The position numbers and the translations under genes were made by a program. A stretch of DNA of 63,711 nucleotides, filler included, from Bigelowiella natans CCMP2755 (lineage: Eukaryota; Protista; Cercozoa), in the NCBI GenBank assembly GCA_000320545.1. It is 3 parts of 3 records of this genome, joined end to end, with 100 filler letters (N's around TTAATTAATTAA, not from the genome) between each part and the next. Parts side by side here need not be neighbours in the genome. Positions count along the whole stretch, not along the records: positions 29,715 to 61,657 come from ADNK01002452.1; 2 more parts are not named here. The stretch is one strand, 5' to 3'. How positions within the stretch are numbered: position 1 is the first letter of the stretch; the number at the start of each line of letters is the position of its first letter. A model generated the notes under the pieces. That model was not told where the DNA came from. It worked only from the letters and a program-made list of their open reading frames with translations, and did not search any database. Of this stretch, positions 31,744-46,853 are shown piece after piece.

Positions 31744-32026
31744 CGACTCCTTTTGTCGAGTGATGAAATGGATCGTAATTTCTACGAACGACAACATTAA
31801 CATCCAAATTTCAAAGTTTGAAATAAAATCGATGTCGCGCAGAGTAATCCGCAACTTTTTTAAAAAATATGGATAAATTCCGTAATTTTATTGTCGCAAG
31901 AAACGTTTCCCCTACATCTAATAACTCTAGCCTTTGGCTTCTCCCTCCGACCCCATGCGGGCTTGAAGAAGAGCACTTTTCTCATCCTTAGCCTACCACT
32001 TTTTCGAAGAGAGGGGGGGGGGGCGG
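31744..32026. promoter_or_regulatory. Probable bidirectional promoter between the kinase-side gene and MAT1
   Basis: About 280-bp spacer between divergent candidate starts. Confidence 0.3.
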
Positions 32027-32857
32027 ATGTTTATTCTCGAAGACCTTCCAGAGGAGGAAGCTCGGTGTGAAAACTGCGGAAATAATGCCCATGAACTCCT
32101 CGAAGGGAAGAAAATCAGGTAATGAATCATTGACTCATACACATTTGTAGCCAATTTCTCGATTTAGCATAGCACGACGTTTCCAAAGTTTAGAGGAACA
32201 TTACCTATTCAATGGCGATCTGTACCTGCTGAGCTCTCCATGCATCGTTTCTCCGCCACAGGTATTCGAGTTGCTGCGGACGATGTTTATGCGACTCATG
32301 CGTGATTACGAAATTTCCGACCCAATCTGACATTAAGACGTGCCCGAAGGTAGCAGCAGTAGTAGTAGTTGTTGTTGTCAATAGTAGTGGTAGTGGTAGT
32401 CGTAGCAGCAGCAGCAGTAGTTTGCAGCCATTACAAATGGTCATTGTAACGTGACTCTCGGTCGCATTGCATTTGCCCCCCAACCCTGCCTCTCTTCCAA
32501 CTAGCAATACATGCTCGATTTTAGACAAACATTTTTCGTTTTTTACCTGCCAACAGTGTCAAGAAAGAGTTGGACGAAGCAGTTATAAGCTGGATACCAT
32601 AGGTAATCCTCTGCTATCTAACGTTAGATGTCGTGTGGAATCGATGCACTCGTGTCTGCCGGTGCTTTACGATGACATCTGCCCCGTGCATGTGTGTGGT
32701 GTTTTCTATTAGAACGGCAAAAGTATAAGCGCTCTGTGCAAGTCCGTAAGAAGACCATAGAAACCATTTTCATCCTAGTTCCTGCGGATTTCGAGCACGA
32801 TTCGAAGCAGTATAACGATTACTTAGAAACGGTAGCACTCTGCATACACTGTACACA

Positions 32858-32945
<88 letters not shown>

Positions 32946-33987
32946 GTTTCAACAAGATGTGTTGATTTGCTTCTTTAACATCTTGATAAGATTGCGGATT
33001 ATGAGTATGGAATGGCCTATGGAACAGCAGATGAAAAAAAGGTTCTAAAATTATCAATAACAAGCTCTTCACTAAAACAATCAAACAAATCTGATATATT
33101 ATGAATGCAGATGCACATGTATTCCGGTATTCCAGTTATATTTATTGATATCTGAGTAGAAATGAGTTTGCTCCGAAAATATCTTAGATTGCTCTGAAAG
33201 CTGCCCCCCCTCCCCTCTCTTACCACCCTCCTCCTCAGAAAGCTAGCATCGAGCTCGACAAATTCAAAAAAGCATATCAAGAAGTAACAACGGATTTCAT
33301 GTGTTTTATGCCTGCATCATCCATACATTTTATTGCTGGGACAACTACTATATCCAAGCTCGGTTTGTGTGCTAGTGCGGACATGTGTTTGCGTGCGAGT
33401 ATGTGAGTGTGTGCGATGTGTGTGTGTGTGTGTGTATGTGTGTGTGTGTGCGTGTGTGGTAGAGGTATTTCCGTGGCCTCATTTTTTTAAAATTATTTCT
33501 AATCAGAAAATACAGCTGCGGAGGGATAGAAAGCACTCCAACGACGACAACAGGATGGAGGTCAAATGCCCCTCACGATTTGTACTCACAGTTGAATTGA
33601 GCACAAATAATACAGCTCTCAGGCCTGTGCTTGTGTAATCAGGTCCAAGAAGAGACCTCAGCGCATGCGGTTGCTACTGGGCAGTACCGAGGAGATATAA
33701 TAAACGTCGTTCCCATGGTCAATTACGCTAGAGAGTGCAAGATTCATGAACGCGTGTGCGGATTTGTATGTAGAGCGTGGGGTCGAATAGGGAGGGGAGA
33801 GGGAGAGGGAGAGAGAGGGAGAGAGAGAGAGGGCAGGAGAGAAAAGGAGGTTGTCTTTCTCATTGTGGTGGAATGTTCCTTACAACAACAAACAAACATC
33901 AGGCCCGAAAGAGAAAGCAGGCACGCAAATCGAATGCCTCAAAGGACGTCATCAGACAAGCTGGGGGTAACAAATACATACGAATAT

Positions 33988-34031
<44 letters not shown>

Positions 34032-34260
34032 GATACATATATCACGTGTGTGTGGGGGAGAGAGGGAGAGAGAGTTTGTATCTCTTCATATCGAGAGAGG
34101 GTAAGAGGGTCGCAAGGCGCTCTAGTGTGATATGAAGCTTAGATTCCAATACATGGTCATTTTGCGATTGTTCCCAAACACAGGTTATAAGATCGAGTAC
34201 GACTCAACAAAGAGCGCGGAGGAAGCTGATGCTATGATGTTTTACGGGATCTTATACTAG
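32027..34260 (+). CDS. MNAT1: CDK-activating kinase assembly factor MAT1 (TFIIH subunit, Tfb3/MNAT1)
   Basis: RING-type CENC...SSCCGRCLCDSCV...TCPK|CQ. This is followed by VQVRKKTIETIF...ADFEHDSKQYNDYLET (MAT1 YNDYLE motif) and a C-terminal QAGG|Y...AEEA...FYGILY*. Confidence 0.85.
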
Positions 34261-35141
34261 TGTTTGTATCATGTTCAGTAATTCGCTCGATGGTTCAGAT
34301 TCTTCTGTATCATGTTTTCCAGAAACGATGGATGCTGTCTTTACCAATAGCAGAACGGTGTAATTATGCAAAATAACTGCCCAAGTATCGACAGCATGTT
34401 GCATGATCTCTGCATTGTACACTGCTACATAGCGTGCCGAGTCATCAGCCTTCGGTGTATGTCCCCCTTGCACGTGCTTATAGCTTCTCTCGCAACAATA
34501 CGAAGTGTGTGAATGGAGCATGCTACATGCAGTTCATCCATTGGAACTTTGATGGAAGAAAAAAGATTATTCGACCGCTGCTGTCGCATGCTGCATGTAT
34601 CTAGATGTACATGCTAGCATGCTACGTGGACTAGCTAGCTAGCACGCGAGTATACAAGTGTGTCTAGGTGTCTACGTGTGGTCGCACTGACTATATATAA
34701 CTGATCAACATGCTGTATGCACGGCACTGATAAGCGTCTATCGATCTTTGTAGCGGTACTGCTAGACTGTGCAACATGACCGCCCGCCCAATTAAAATGT
34801 TAGGACGACACAATTATTATTATAAAGGTGCAAATGAACAGAGAATCACGCCAATGATTGACGAGCAAATATGCGCAAATAATTTGCTTCACTCGAACCA
34901 TCGCTACCGTGACCAAATGGGCGACCATTAGAGCATTAGACGGCTACGATCAACGCAGCCAGCTGCTTATTTGAGCGCGTTTTTAATTCTAACTAGCATA
35001 TTCATTAGCTAATGTAGCATTGTCGTCACAGCTAGACAGGGAGATGTCTAGTTTAGCTAAATGTCTAGATGCGTCTTTGCAGAATGTAAATTTGAGTACA
35101 GATTGACAAAAGCGCAGTCATCATAGTGAGTTTAAAGCCCC

Positions 35142-35705
35142 TTATGTATCTTCTTCTTCTTCTTCTTCTTCTTCTTCTTCATTTTCATTTTTCTCCTCCT
35201 CTGTTTCACCTCCTGCATTCTTATCCGTTTTCCCTCCTCGCTCCTCTCTTCCTATCACTGCCTCTTTTGCGTGCTGCAAGCACAGCCCCGCCTCTACAAC
35301 TCTCTGGATAAGTGCCATCCCCCCCTGTCATGAATAGCATGGAGCAACGAGTAACAAAACGCCTACATCATCAATGCTTGAGGCAATCATAACAAACTGA
35401 AGTGAACGAAAGGGGAAGAGTGATGGTCTCTGCTGCATCATATGCTAAGCTTATAAGATGATTAGTGCCGGGCATGATGATGATATGACCTGCTTGAAGG
35501 CACTGAGGTAGGCACTGCTCCACCCGCAGTTCTGGATATATTGGCGGTTTATAATGGTTTCAGGCACCATCTTTTCCTGATATACATTGGCAGATTATTC
35601 GATTATAATTGTGTCAAGAGCCTTCCTTTCCTGCGATAACAAAGTAGTACATCTGCTTCGGTGTGCTTGCGAGCATGTGCTATGTTTGTGTGAAGGTGTG
35701 TATGA

Positions 35706-35737
<32 letters not shown>

Positions 35738-35949
35738 CGTGCGTGCATGTGTCGGAAGAATGCAGTGTCTCTAGCGTGATGATGATATAGATATTGCAAC
35801 TACAGACTCGTCTTTCTGCTTTGAATTCCGTTGTATCTATCTACACATCTCTATCTTTTACCCTGTTTGCATGGTGGTGATACACGCCGACTTGTTCTTT
35901 CTTATCATACATGCAATGAACGTTCCCTGCCCAGCCGCAGATTCCTTGG

Positions 35950-35987
<38 letters not shown>

Positions 35988-37467
35988 ATAAATTGAAATA
36001 CATGTTTATATTTGTCGACATGCGAAGTAAGTAACTAATATGCACGGTATACTATTACACATGCAGCACGCGCTGGCAATCTAGAAGCTCCTCCCCCTCC
36101 CCCTCCCCCTCCTCTTCTTTCCCTCCCTGTCTTCTCTGGCCCTTGATGGTTTTGTGTCATGATTATGTGCCTCCCTACCCGTCCTCTCGTCGATTCGCTT
36201 CTCCGTGCATGTGCAGATTAGATATCTGGCGATTAGCACCAAACGGCGTTGGATGGTAAACAGTAAGTCGCCGTGCTAAGCTTCTCAGTAGATTGCGTGT
36301 AGGTGTGCGCAGTTTATAAGGCGTATGAGAATATACAGATCCTTTGTCAGAACATACGCATGTTGTGGTTACGGGATACTAACAGCATGATTAGAGAGCG
36401 GTGATCAGTTGAGGAGGGGGTGGGGGGGGGGGAGGATGGAGGCTGTGAAAGAGAGAGTGCGGCGTTGAAACAACTTCTTCGTACCACGCCTCTCTCTCGC
36501 CTTTCTCGTTAGTTGTGCGATGCAAATCTGGTTAGTGATGTGTGCAAGTTCTCTTCTTCCTCTCTGTCTCTCTCTGTCTCTCTCTCTCTCTGTCTCTCTC
36601 TCCTTACGATATATCAGGCAGCCTCTCCACAGTAACGTTGTTGTAGTCAAGATGCAACTTGAGGTAATACTCGGGATTTATCAGATAAAACCCTCCAGAT
36701 GCCTGTATAGATATCATTCAAGATCCTTCATAAGGACTACAACAGCATTGTTCGCAAAGATAACATCATCGATTCATGAATGCCAACATTCGAACGAGAT
36801 GAAATGGTGAAATCTACCCCCCCCCCCATCATGATCGTGAATGACAATGGGGGGTACTCACGTCTTTGTCAATAAACCGTGCCGATTGGATGTAAGAATC
36901 TTGATCCTGATTTCCCCCGCCACACACAAAGCAGGACTACGTTAAGATGGCGAGGAAGAAGACGAGATGATGAAGTCGGTAGCAAGGAAATGGGCCCCTC
37001 GGTGATTTCTCGCTCGAGTAAGACCTCCAAATCCGAATACGAAGTGAGGGATTCAGAGCATGATTTGAATGGTTACATTACCATCATAGGGCATCATCAT
37101 ATGTATTCACATGGTGTTGTTGTTGTTGTTGTTGTTGTTATTGCTGTTGTTGGGGCTGGGGATGGTTCTTCATCATGAGAACGATAAAGAAAAATGCGCG
37201 GTAAACGACCTTGACGTACTGGGCAAACACAGCCGCATTCTTGGCGAGTAGATCGACCCCATCAGCAAGGTATGCTCTCGCAGCTCCACGAGTGCAAAGC
37301 CCCCCTATATTAATATTGCACGCATGCTGTTTCTAAGATCCCTCCTCCCATGCGGAGTTTGAGTCATCCCAACCCCAATCTCCTTCAGGGAAAAAAGGCA
37401 ATTATCAACGTGTTTTCCCTCTCGTCGCCACCATCTCATCGGTGAGAGGAGGAAGAGGAGGAGGCAT

Positions 37468-37510
<43 letters not shown>

Positions 37511-37949
37511 TGCGGTGCAACCTATATCGATATATCCGGAGAGGTCTCCGGCGGCGTTGTGAAGAAAGCAGCGTTTGTCGGCCTTCTCTACTTGCAGCAA
37601 AGATGGTTGCACCTGATGGTGATTTCGAGTAGCGGGTGGTTGGTTGGGTTGGGGAGGGAGGTCAAAGTCAGGCGTTTACAAGGAAGGGGGACAACCGATG
37701 CAATCCACAACGGTATATTTACATGTGTGCGTGTGAGTGCGTCTGTGTGTTTATTTTTTAGCTTGTTCTTTTTACGTGAGGAGCCCTGAATCGATTGTTT
37801 ACTCGATGCACACGCACGAAATCATACCTAGAGAAGGCACACACACACACACACGCACACACACACACGCGCACACACACACACACACTCTGACAAAAAC
37901 ATAAACATATATAAACAGATGCTAGAAAGATTGTATACAAATGCATGTG

Positions 37950-37991
<42 letters not shown>

Positions 37992-39429
37992 TTGGTATGC
38001 TAAACCTTATTCCTCTCTGCTGCTCCGCAGCAACAATCATTCGCATGCAATTGTGCATATGGAACAGGGCGATGAAGCCATTAGCCTTGCAGTTGTAGAA
38101 TGGCAGAGGACCGCACCATGCTCTGCCTCTCACCTGTGACATGAACGCTCGAAAATCCCTCTCTGACGAGAAGAATTCAGGAACAGATACATGCATACGG
38201 AATGTTAAGGAAAACAGAGCAGAACATAACACCTGAAGTGGTCATGGAGTGAAATGGAAGAGTGCTATCTTACTAGTATCGGCAGAAATACCTTCCTTCT
38301 GAGACCGAATCAATGAGAAAAACCACTTGGTGATGTTTAAATCTCTGTGCTTCCTGTACATCTCGAAGAGCTTCCAAGCGAACACAACGACACATGCGGC
38401 GACCAAAAACACAGCGTAGTGATAAGCTCGAGCTTGGGAAGCACGTGCGAGAACGATAAATAGTCGATTGACGTTGCGAACAAGACAAATAGAGGACATT
38501 CAAGATCGCTAATATTTTTGGAAAATACCCTTACTTCGCCCTTAGCGGCGGTTTTTGAAACGTTCCAAAGATGCAGATATTTCCCATGAAGACCTTGCTT
38601 GAAGTCAGCTTCAGCACTAACGCTCATAAACACATCGGCGTCGAGTGTATCCAGAAGATATTTTCTCGTGTCTTTTGCTGTAAGCACCGCTCGCTGTTCT
38701 CTTCCATAAGCGCACACTGCTATTTTCGAATAGCGCGGCCTAAATGATACATTGAAGACGATCAAGCGAAGATGTTAGCGAAGATGTTAACAGGGATTGG
38801 TTTTTAGAGGCAGCGACAAGGATGCACTTTATATTAAGGATATTAAGAAATATCTCTTCATAAAGCTTCTCATTTATGTTGTACCAAACTCACCTACTCA
38901 TCCGAATATTTTGGTATCTAGCACTTGAGTTATCTCTCTCACAGTGTTTGCCATTATTCTTGACATTCGTCTTCTTTCTTGCCGCCATAAAGGACAAAGA
39001 AGACCCAAGCGGCGCCACTTGCGATCTGGAAATATTCCCGACTTCCTCTCCCTTATTATTTTCATAATTCCTTCCTTTATCTTCTCGTGCCTCTCCAAAG
39101 CTGTAGTCAATCCCTTTAATCTTACGGGAAGAGGTCTGGGGAGCGGTAAAGTTATGTGAAGGAATCTGCAAAGAGGACATTGCGTTATTATCCGCAGCAT
39201 ACATAGCTACATTGCTAGGTAGAGCTGCAGTTTTGGTAGCGTTGTCCCTCTGAAGCCAACAGTAGTTAAACTGGAGAATCGCCATAGTCGCTGCCGTCTG
39301 CCAGGGTATTCGTTTACAAAATCGTATTCATGTGCTTATGCCCGCTTGTGTTTCTGCGTGTTTGTGTGTATTTTCTCTCTCCCTCTCTCTCTCGCTCTCT
39401 CCCTCCCCTCCCCCCCCCCTCCCCCCTCC

Positions 39430-39492
<63 letters not shown>

Positions 39493-39860
39493 TGTGTGTT
39501 TTGCACGCATGTCTAATTTTCTTAATATCTCCCCAATATCACCAAAATGCGCACACATACACACACATACGCAGAGAGTGGAAGAGGGGGGAGAAAGATG
39601 GAACATCTTATTTGCAAATAAATCAATGAAATCGCCATAAAAGACTCCGCATATTTCTCTCCAAGGATACTATATGAACCCCTTCCTTACACATACAATA
39701 TCCTCATTCTCTCATGTTCCCGGATTCATCACATCTGAGCTACCCAGAAGATGAGAGGCTGCCGAGTGAGCGAAGCAATATTCGTTTTCAGATTCGTCTT
39801 CTTCTCATTTCCGTCTTCTCTCGTCCTCCCCCCTGGATCCTGTCTGTTCGAAGACGCCTC
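35142..39860 (-). CDS. Type II membrane putative glycosyltransferase-like protein (multi-exon; ends approximate)
   Basis: N-terminal hydrophobic anchor, then KIAVCAYGREQR...DADVF, HNCMRMIVAAEQQRGIR|YDFVRVHR and GYIDIG.LCTRGAARAY. The pattern resembles the 'AVCxxGxxR...E..G..YD.V...R' family of uncharacterised algal/viral GT-like proteins. Confidence 0.55.
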
Positions 39861-40276
39861 CTCTTTTAATTTAAAACCCATACTCCGCAATATGGACGAG
39901 CCTTTGGTGGGGGAGGACGGGGGAGGATAGATTGTGTGTGAGTATTGTGAAGGAAGAACAGCACCATCGTGAATATTCGATAGAAAACACAGAATATTTT
40001 ACTCATACGACATAAATTATAGGTTGTCGCTGGTGTAAAGTTAGATACATTTGGCACGTGCCTATTGGAGTGGGACACGTTCCAGGAGAAGATCCATCAA
40101 GAAGTGCTGGCCACGTGTTGCTGAGGTGCGGAGTCTCGGAACACCGCTAGTAGTGTGAAACGACAATCAATCTTGGCTGTCGTAGAAATAAAATGAATGA
40201 TATTTTACAAATTATCTCCATTGTCAGGAAAATTTGGATTAATTGTGATTATTTTACCCAAAAGCATAACATCCAA

Positions 40277-40771
40277 TGGCGCCCGACCGGGGCTGCCTGC
40301 GGCTCTATACTTTGGAGAGGAGACTCCGCTTGAATCCTAGGCTATTGCTGCGGCTACGGATCATATTCTTGGCAGCTTGCGTGTAATAAATTATGTGGAT
40401 GATACAAATTGACTCTATATTGCGAATATATTTATGCTCTCTTTTTAATCGTAAAAATTATGCGTCTTCAACGTTATCCCTCAGGATTTTCTTGGCCATA
40501 TCAGCATGCTCGCCAAAACGAAGGTGTTCAAGTCACCCACTTTTTATGACCTCCACACCTCAAACGTTGACATATTGTGTTTCCTACGTACAGTACGCTG
40601 CTTTTGAATCGACGGCGGCGAAAGGGAGGTACCTTGTGTGTGTGAAATATGTTCACAATTAGTTGTTGCTCACCCCTTACTTCACTTGTTGTCATTTGTA
40701 TCGGCATGGCCCATAAGGAATGAAAACTAGTTATTTCGAGAGCGAAATGACTGAAGGTACCGCCCATCTTT

Positions 40772-40803
<32 letters not shown>

Positions 40804-40836
40804 ACTTATGTACACAAATAGGTGTGCGTGCTTACA

Positions 40837-40911
<75 letters not shown>

Positions 40912-42624
40912 CACAAGACTATGCTTCGGGGTGATAGAACCTTCTCAGGTATCGAGAAATACGCGAAAAAACTAACGCAAAATAAGGCTACGTGCCAATA
41001 ATAACAACACTTCAGAACGCTCAACCCCCCTTCTTGCACAATAAGGAAATACATATATTCGTTCCATATCGTTTTGAGTATGAAGTAGCATTTCAATAAC
41101 TCTTCTCGTGTTCTTAGGGAAGGAATCAATCGTGCAAACGTACTTTGCTGGGACCAACACGTTCGGGGGTAGCAATCACATCTATTGGCGCTCACACTTG
41201 CTTCCAACAGCCTATTCATCTTCTTCTTCTTCTCCTTCTTCTTCTTTGTCGTCGTCTTCTCCTTCTCCATCCCCGTACTCATTTACAATGTGCCTTCTCA
41301 GCTGGGGCCGGATCTGTGACGAACTATCTTCGGTAATAACAGCGTATATGCTGTATGTATTGATCATACCAAGAGCCATTATTCCAAACCATTTGTTCGA
41401 AATGCACATGCGATTTTATCTGCGTATCTCCCTCTTTCATCAATAGTGTTTACATCGAATGAACGAATTTTTAAAATTTGTGCTGTGTTTCAACTCAACC
41501 TAACCAGGCCTGCGACAAGCGCTCCCGAAAAGAAGCTTCACGACCCCCAGGAGATATTAGGGTAAATTAGCATGCAGACGAGGATGGACCATAAATAGAT
41601 GATGGTGATGATGATTATAATGATAATGGTGTTGGTGATGAGAAGGATGATGGCAGCATGATGGTAAGAAGAGAACATCTGTAATTACGATGGAAAGTAT
41701 CAATGCGTCACGACGTCTACCCAACTACCACCCAGATCGATAACAGGACTTACGACAACCATTGGAGGCGATGTAATAAGCCAACAACAAGCGCTTGAAA
41801 TGGGGGGAAATACCACGAAAGACTGCTGATTCCATTAGTTCATTCTTCGATAAACTACCACACGCCCGCACTTGCATATAAACACATTTTTTTTTTTAAT
41901 AATATACCAGAGCACGATGATGTCAGGATCTTCGCTCAGTGAGCTCTATGCTGATGCGAAGAAAATGGTAGTTTCAGCAGCAGTAGCAGTAGCAGTAGCA
42001 ATAGTAGTAATAGTAATAATAGAAGTAGTAGCCCTGCCCGGCATCATTAGAGTTGCGCGTGGTTGCAAAACGATGAGCGAACACTGTTATCAGCATGCAG
42101 TCGCTACTCCTTCTAATAACTCTCATTTTTACTATTACTACGACTATTTCCTCCTATGCCTACTGACAATTTCGTGCTGCTTTTAACATTACTAGAAGAG
42201 TACAGAGAAAGAGAAAAAAGACGAGCTCCGGCGCTTCCTCGACGCTCACCAACGCCAGCAGCGACGTATGTAAAGCTAATATGAATGAACATGGTTTATT
42301 TTTACGAGGACAAGAGAATCACGCTGTTAGAAGGAAAAAGACGAAGATCGTTTCCTCTTCTGGAGAGTTTTTACCTACTTGCTTGCTGAGAATTCTTGAT
42401 ATGGGAATGGCAGGGGAAGGCGACGACGAAGAGCATGACAAAGATCGTATCGTTGCGAAGGATGTGGAGGCAATGATGCCGGATCTTCCTGTAGTATTTA
42501 TTTGATGCGTATATCGAGTGTTTAGTTGATTCTTGCCATATCGTCAACGAGTAAGTATGCGCTGACTTCCACCATCGTTCGTCAGATTGAGGAGGGGCAC
42601 GAAGAGGAGGATGATGAAATGTGA

Positions 42625-42660
<36 letters not shown>

Positions 42661-42748
42661 TTCTGCCAACCATTTTGAAGATCATTCGTGTGGTTGCATT
42701 TTCTCGTGTTTTAGTGTTGAATGCTTTCAGCTTAACCCATATTTTCCA

Positions 42749-42787
<39 letters not shown>

Positions 42788-44383
42788 TATATGCTATTTA
42801 ATGACTTTTGATTTGAAATTTATACCATAGCAACGAGTTTGTAAAGGCAATTGACAACATCGATAACGAGTAATACTGCGCCGGATAAACGCCATTTACC
42901 CCCACCACGCTGCATCATCCAACCGCAATATATTCTCGCGAGAGGCGTTTGATAGAAACCATCAACGAAAATCGTACAACCATAATATAAGTAAATAAAA
43001 CATGTCATTCGTTCGGCGCTGCTATTCGCTATTATCTTCGCACTGTCAACCTGGTAAAGTAGATGATGATGCGGATAATAATACGATATACATGACATGA
43101 TTTGCTCGTTCTCCCGTTGTTCGGATGGTAGGTTGAAGCCGGAGGATACGAAAAAAGCACAGCGCGAGTGGCAGCTGGCCACTGGAATTCTCGAGCCAGT
43201 AAACAGCCGTTTCCCCTCGTTTCACCACACCGATTCCTATCTGCTTTCCTAGTGTGTTTTAACCACAAAATATTGAATTGTCACACCACGGTCATCGTCA
43301 ACGAAATTGACGGCTCACACCGGCGCGAAATGTGTTTGGAAAATAGGGAGAGTCGATGTACTCGCAAATGATGATGCTCGAAGACGAGCAGGAGGCGGAG
43401 GGGGGGGGGCAGAAGCGAGATCGTGGATACGCTAATTCTGATGGTAGGCTCTACCCCAATTGTCTTTTCACCTCTCATGCATGATAATGGCCAATATATT
43501 GCTACTTCGTTTGCGGTGTGAGTGCATGAATGTGGGTGGTGTGGTGATACAATGTATGGGTGCGGTGTTGGGAAAGGAGAGGGGAGGGAGAAGGGGAAGG
43601 AAAGAGAGAAAGAGAGAAAGAGAGGGGGTGAGGTGTGCGTTTAACTGTAAAAATCGATATTTCTGGTTTGCTAATTGCTTGTTGATATTGCTGTTGTGAA
43701 TAGAGGAGTTCTTCGACTCCGTGCTTTGGAAGAATACCCTGTTAGACATGAAGAAGAACGGTAGTGAGGTGGAAAAGGCTCTTGCCGCGTACTATCCCTA
43801 CTATCTAAAGAATGACTACAAATACCCTTGCTCCAACCTCTCTGACGATGGGGAATTTCAAGGTATCTTTTGTAAAAGTGTGTGCGTTTGTGTGTGTGTG
43901 TGTTTGTGTGTGTGTGTTTCACGTTTTCATGCAATACAGTAATCACAACGAAGATGCACGTTGCGTTTATAGATATTAGCGATCCTGATCTGCGAGAATC
44001 GTTCAAACGCACGTGGGCCACGATAAACCAAGTGGACTGCAAGCCCCTCCAACAAGCTCTTGGTAAAGGCGGATATCTCCTCCATAAAAGCATACGCACT
44101 TACTCTAAGCGGCTCGCTCATGCGAGAGGGATCACGAACATAGTAGAAGCAGTTGCACTAAGGAATAAACTTGAGAGTTGTTGCTGACCGTGTATGTTCT
44201 ATCCTGTTCACCGTCATCGCCATTCATCCTCATTGCCTTCATAAACAACCACGATCATCATCACTCGCCATTGGTACAGATGAGGACTCTACATGGTCAG
44301 AAGAAGTCGACTACGATCGACTCTATGAGTTCCCAGAATGGTAGGCACACTCTCACTTAATCACACCAAAACAAGCACATTAT

Positions 44384-44421
<38 letters not shown>

Positions 44422-44913
44422 TATTATAATATATATATTATTATTATATATATGTATATATTTCCTACAAAGATCCAGAGTCATTTTTCCTTATCAATAT
44501 GACTGGGCATGATTTGCTGAACAACGAAGAAATACACCAAAAATTAGTGCAAATATATAAAAATGCTCAAACCATCCCGACCAAAAAAGGATGGGAAACT
44601 ACACGCAAGACACCCCTATGCACTCCTCCGCCTTTGCCGAGCACGTCGATCCCGATCCTGTGCAGAATGTGACCGAGAAATGGGGAATGGCCGTCGATGC
44701 CAAGCCTGAAAACGACGCTCCTTACTACGATTCATCCGAAGAGGACGATGATCCTCTTGTGGTAGATGCAGGTCGGCTTCCATTGATTTATTAGCCGTAG
44801 TCGCCTTAATGGATATTTACCAAAAAAGAGTATTTTTCACGTCACCGCTCGCTTTGTTCTTTGCTGTTGTTCTTCAACGTATCATATCATGCATAAAACA
44901 TATAAACATACTA

Positions 44914-44945
<32 letters not shown>

Positions 44946-46625
44946 CATATGTACATGCTGTTCAATACTACCGCTGCGTTTCAGGACAATGGTATCGCTA
45001 CGTGCCGCTGAACGAAACGCTCCTCCCAGTCTCCGACGAAGACTACATGTGCGTGCAGTTCCCGCGCTGCTCTGACACGCGCGACGAGAACCTGTACTTC
45101 CCCATTCTCAATGTGCACTGCGGCAAGACAACGCTGGGCGAGTTCCGGAGGCGCGTGGCCAACTTCACCGATTTCAGCCCCGACGACTGCATCCTCCTCG
45201 ACCAAGAAAGCGAGGAGCTTCCCGTGGAGAGCGACAACAAATCGCTGCTGCAGCTCGGGGTGCGGCCGTTCCAGGTGATGAAGCTACTGCACCGCAAAAA
45301 CCTCACAATCCCGATGAGAGAGCTGCATCCTGAGTACTTCGATCCCGCGCTGGCCCGAAAGCTGCAGACGATCAAGGCGCACCAGGAGCGCAAGCGGAAG
45401 AAGGAGAGGGAGGCGCGTTTTCGCGAAGACGACGAATGGCGGATCGAGTCTCCGAACGAGAGCGATAACTGGCAGGAGATCGACCTCCCCCCCCCCCCCA
45501 ACATCACCATCGAGCACCTGGAGGTCATCGAGCGTCCTCCAATTGTGATGCTACCTGACCTTTCTCAGCCCCCCTTGCCGCCCCGCATCCTCCCCGCCCC
45601 CCCCCCACCGAGAGTGAAGAAGACGGGGAAACAGGGCTTCTTCTGCAAGGAGGAGGACCTGAAAATCGTCACCCCCCCCCCTATCGAGCCTCCACCCCCA
45701 CCTCCCATATCAAAATGACGACGCGGTGTCTAGTAAGATAACTAGTAGTAGCCATGGCGAACAGCTGCAACCTCCCCAGCACGAATCTTCCACTTCTTTC
45801 CGCCGCGAGGAGAGAGGAGAAGACGCCCCAATCCCTGTTCGGCGCTCACCTTCTCCTCCCCCCTCCCCCCTCCCCCCCCCCCACAAGCCCTGCTTGCGAA
45901 GACATCATCACCAGGGCGTGTTGCTGCCGTTAGTCCCCTCGTTTTTCGCTCTCCCCCTCCTTCCGCCACTGCTGTTTTTATGCACACCAACAACGAAGGA
46001 GGAAAGTTGATTGCTGGGCATGATAGCGACGACGAAGCCTCGGTGCTGTCGAGGGGGAAGAAGGCCAAGCCGCCCCCCCCCCCTCTTTCCTATCCATCTA
46101 TTGGAAGGGGTAAACCGTTGGCAAAACCCCCTCCACCACCACCTCCTTCGATGACTGCGAGGTTGGTGTCAAAACAGAGCATCTTCTGAGATTTTATAAG
46201 TAGGAGGAATGCAAAGAGGATATCTGTTCAGTATTTGTGTGTGTGTGAGTGTGTGTCTGAGTCTGTATGTTTTTGTGGATCTTTCAGATCGAAGCCTCCC
46301 CCCCCCCCTCCCCCATCGATGATGATTGGCGAATACAACGCGGACAACGACGACGATCTTTCCGCCAGGTGAGAGTAATCTAAGAGTTGGTGGGGTGCTC
46401 GTTTGGATTGGAAAACAGCATATCTGTGCACAATACGAATGCGCGCTAGAATGAATTTATTTCATGTATGTTTGAAGGTTGCATGTGGTGTGGGACTAGG
46501 CATGCATTCTGTGTATCATCATTGCGTAGTTGAATGAATTGGCACTCTTCTTTAGATTCGATCGAGAAGGGTCAAGGAAGAAGAAGAAAACGACGAAAAA
46601 GAGTAACGATATTTATATGTATATC

Positions 46626-46662
<37 letters not shown>

Positions 46663-46815
46663 ATATATTTATATATTGTTGATTATGCTTTACATGCTGC
46701 TTCGATTTTCCTTGGAATTGGAAGCCTTCAAATGCGCGAGCACACACATTATGCGCAGAGACACTGCACTTTTGCTACGGGCATGTTAACATCAAGCAAA
46801 CAATATAAATTTGTA

Positions 46816-46853
<38 letters not shown>

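Noticed and set aside
45660-46100. Apparent frameshifts in the Pro-rich exon (possible programmed frameshift)
   Set aside because: They coincide with long poly-C runs; homopolymer length error or unrecognised splicing is the simpler explanation.
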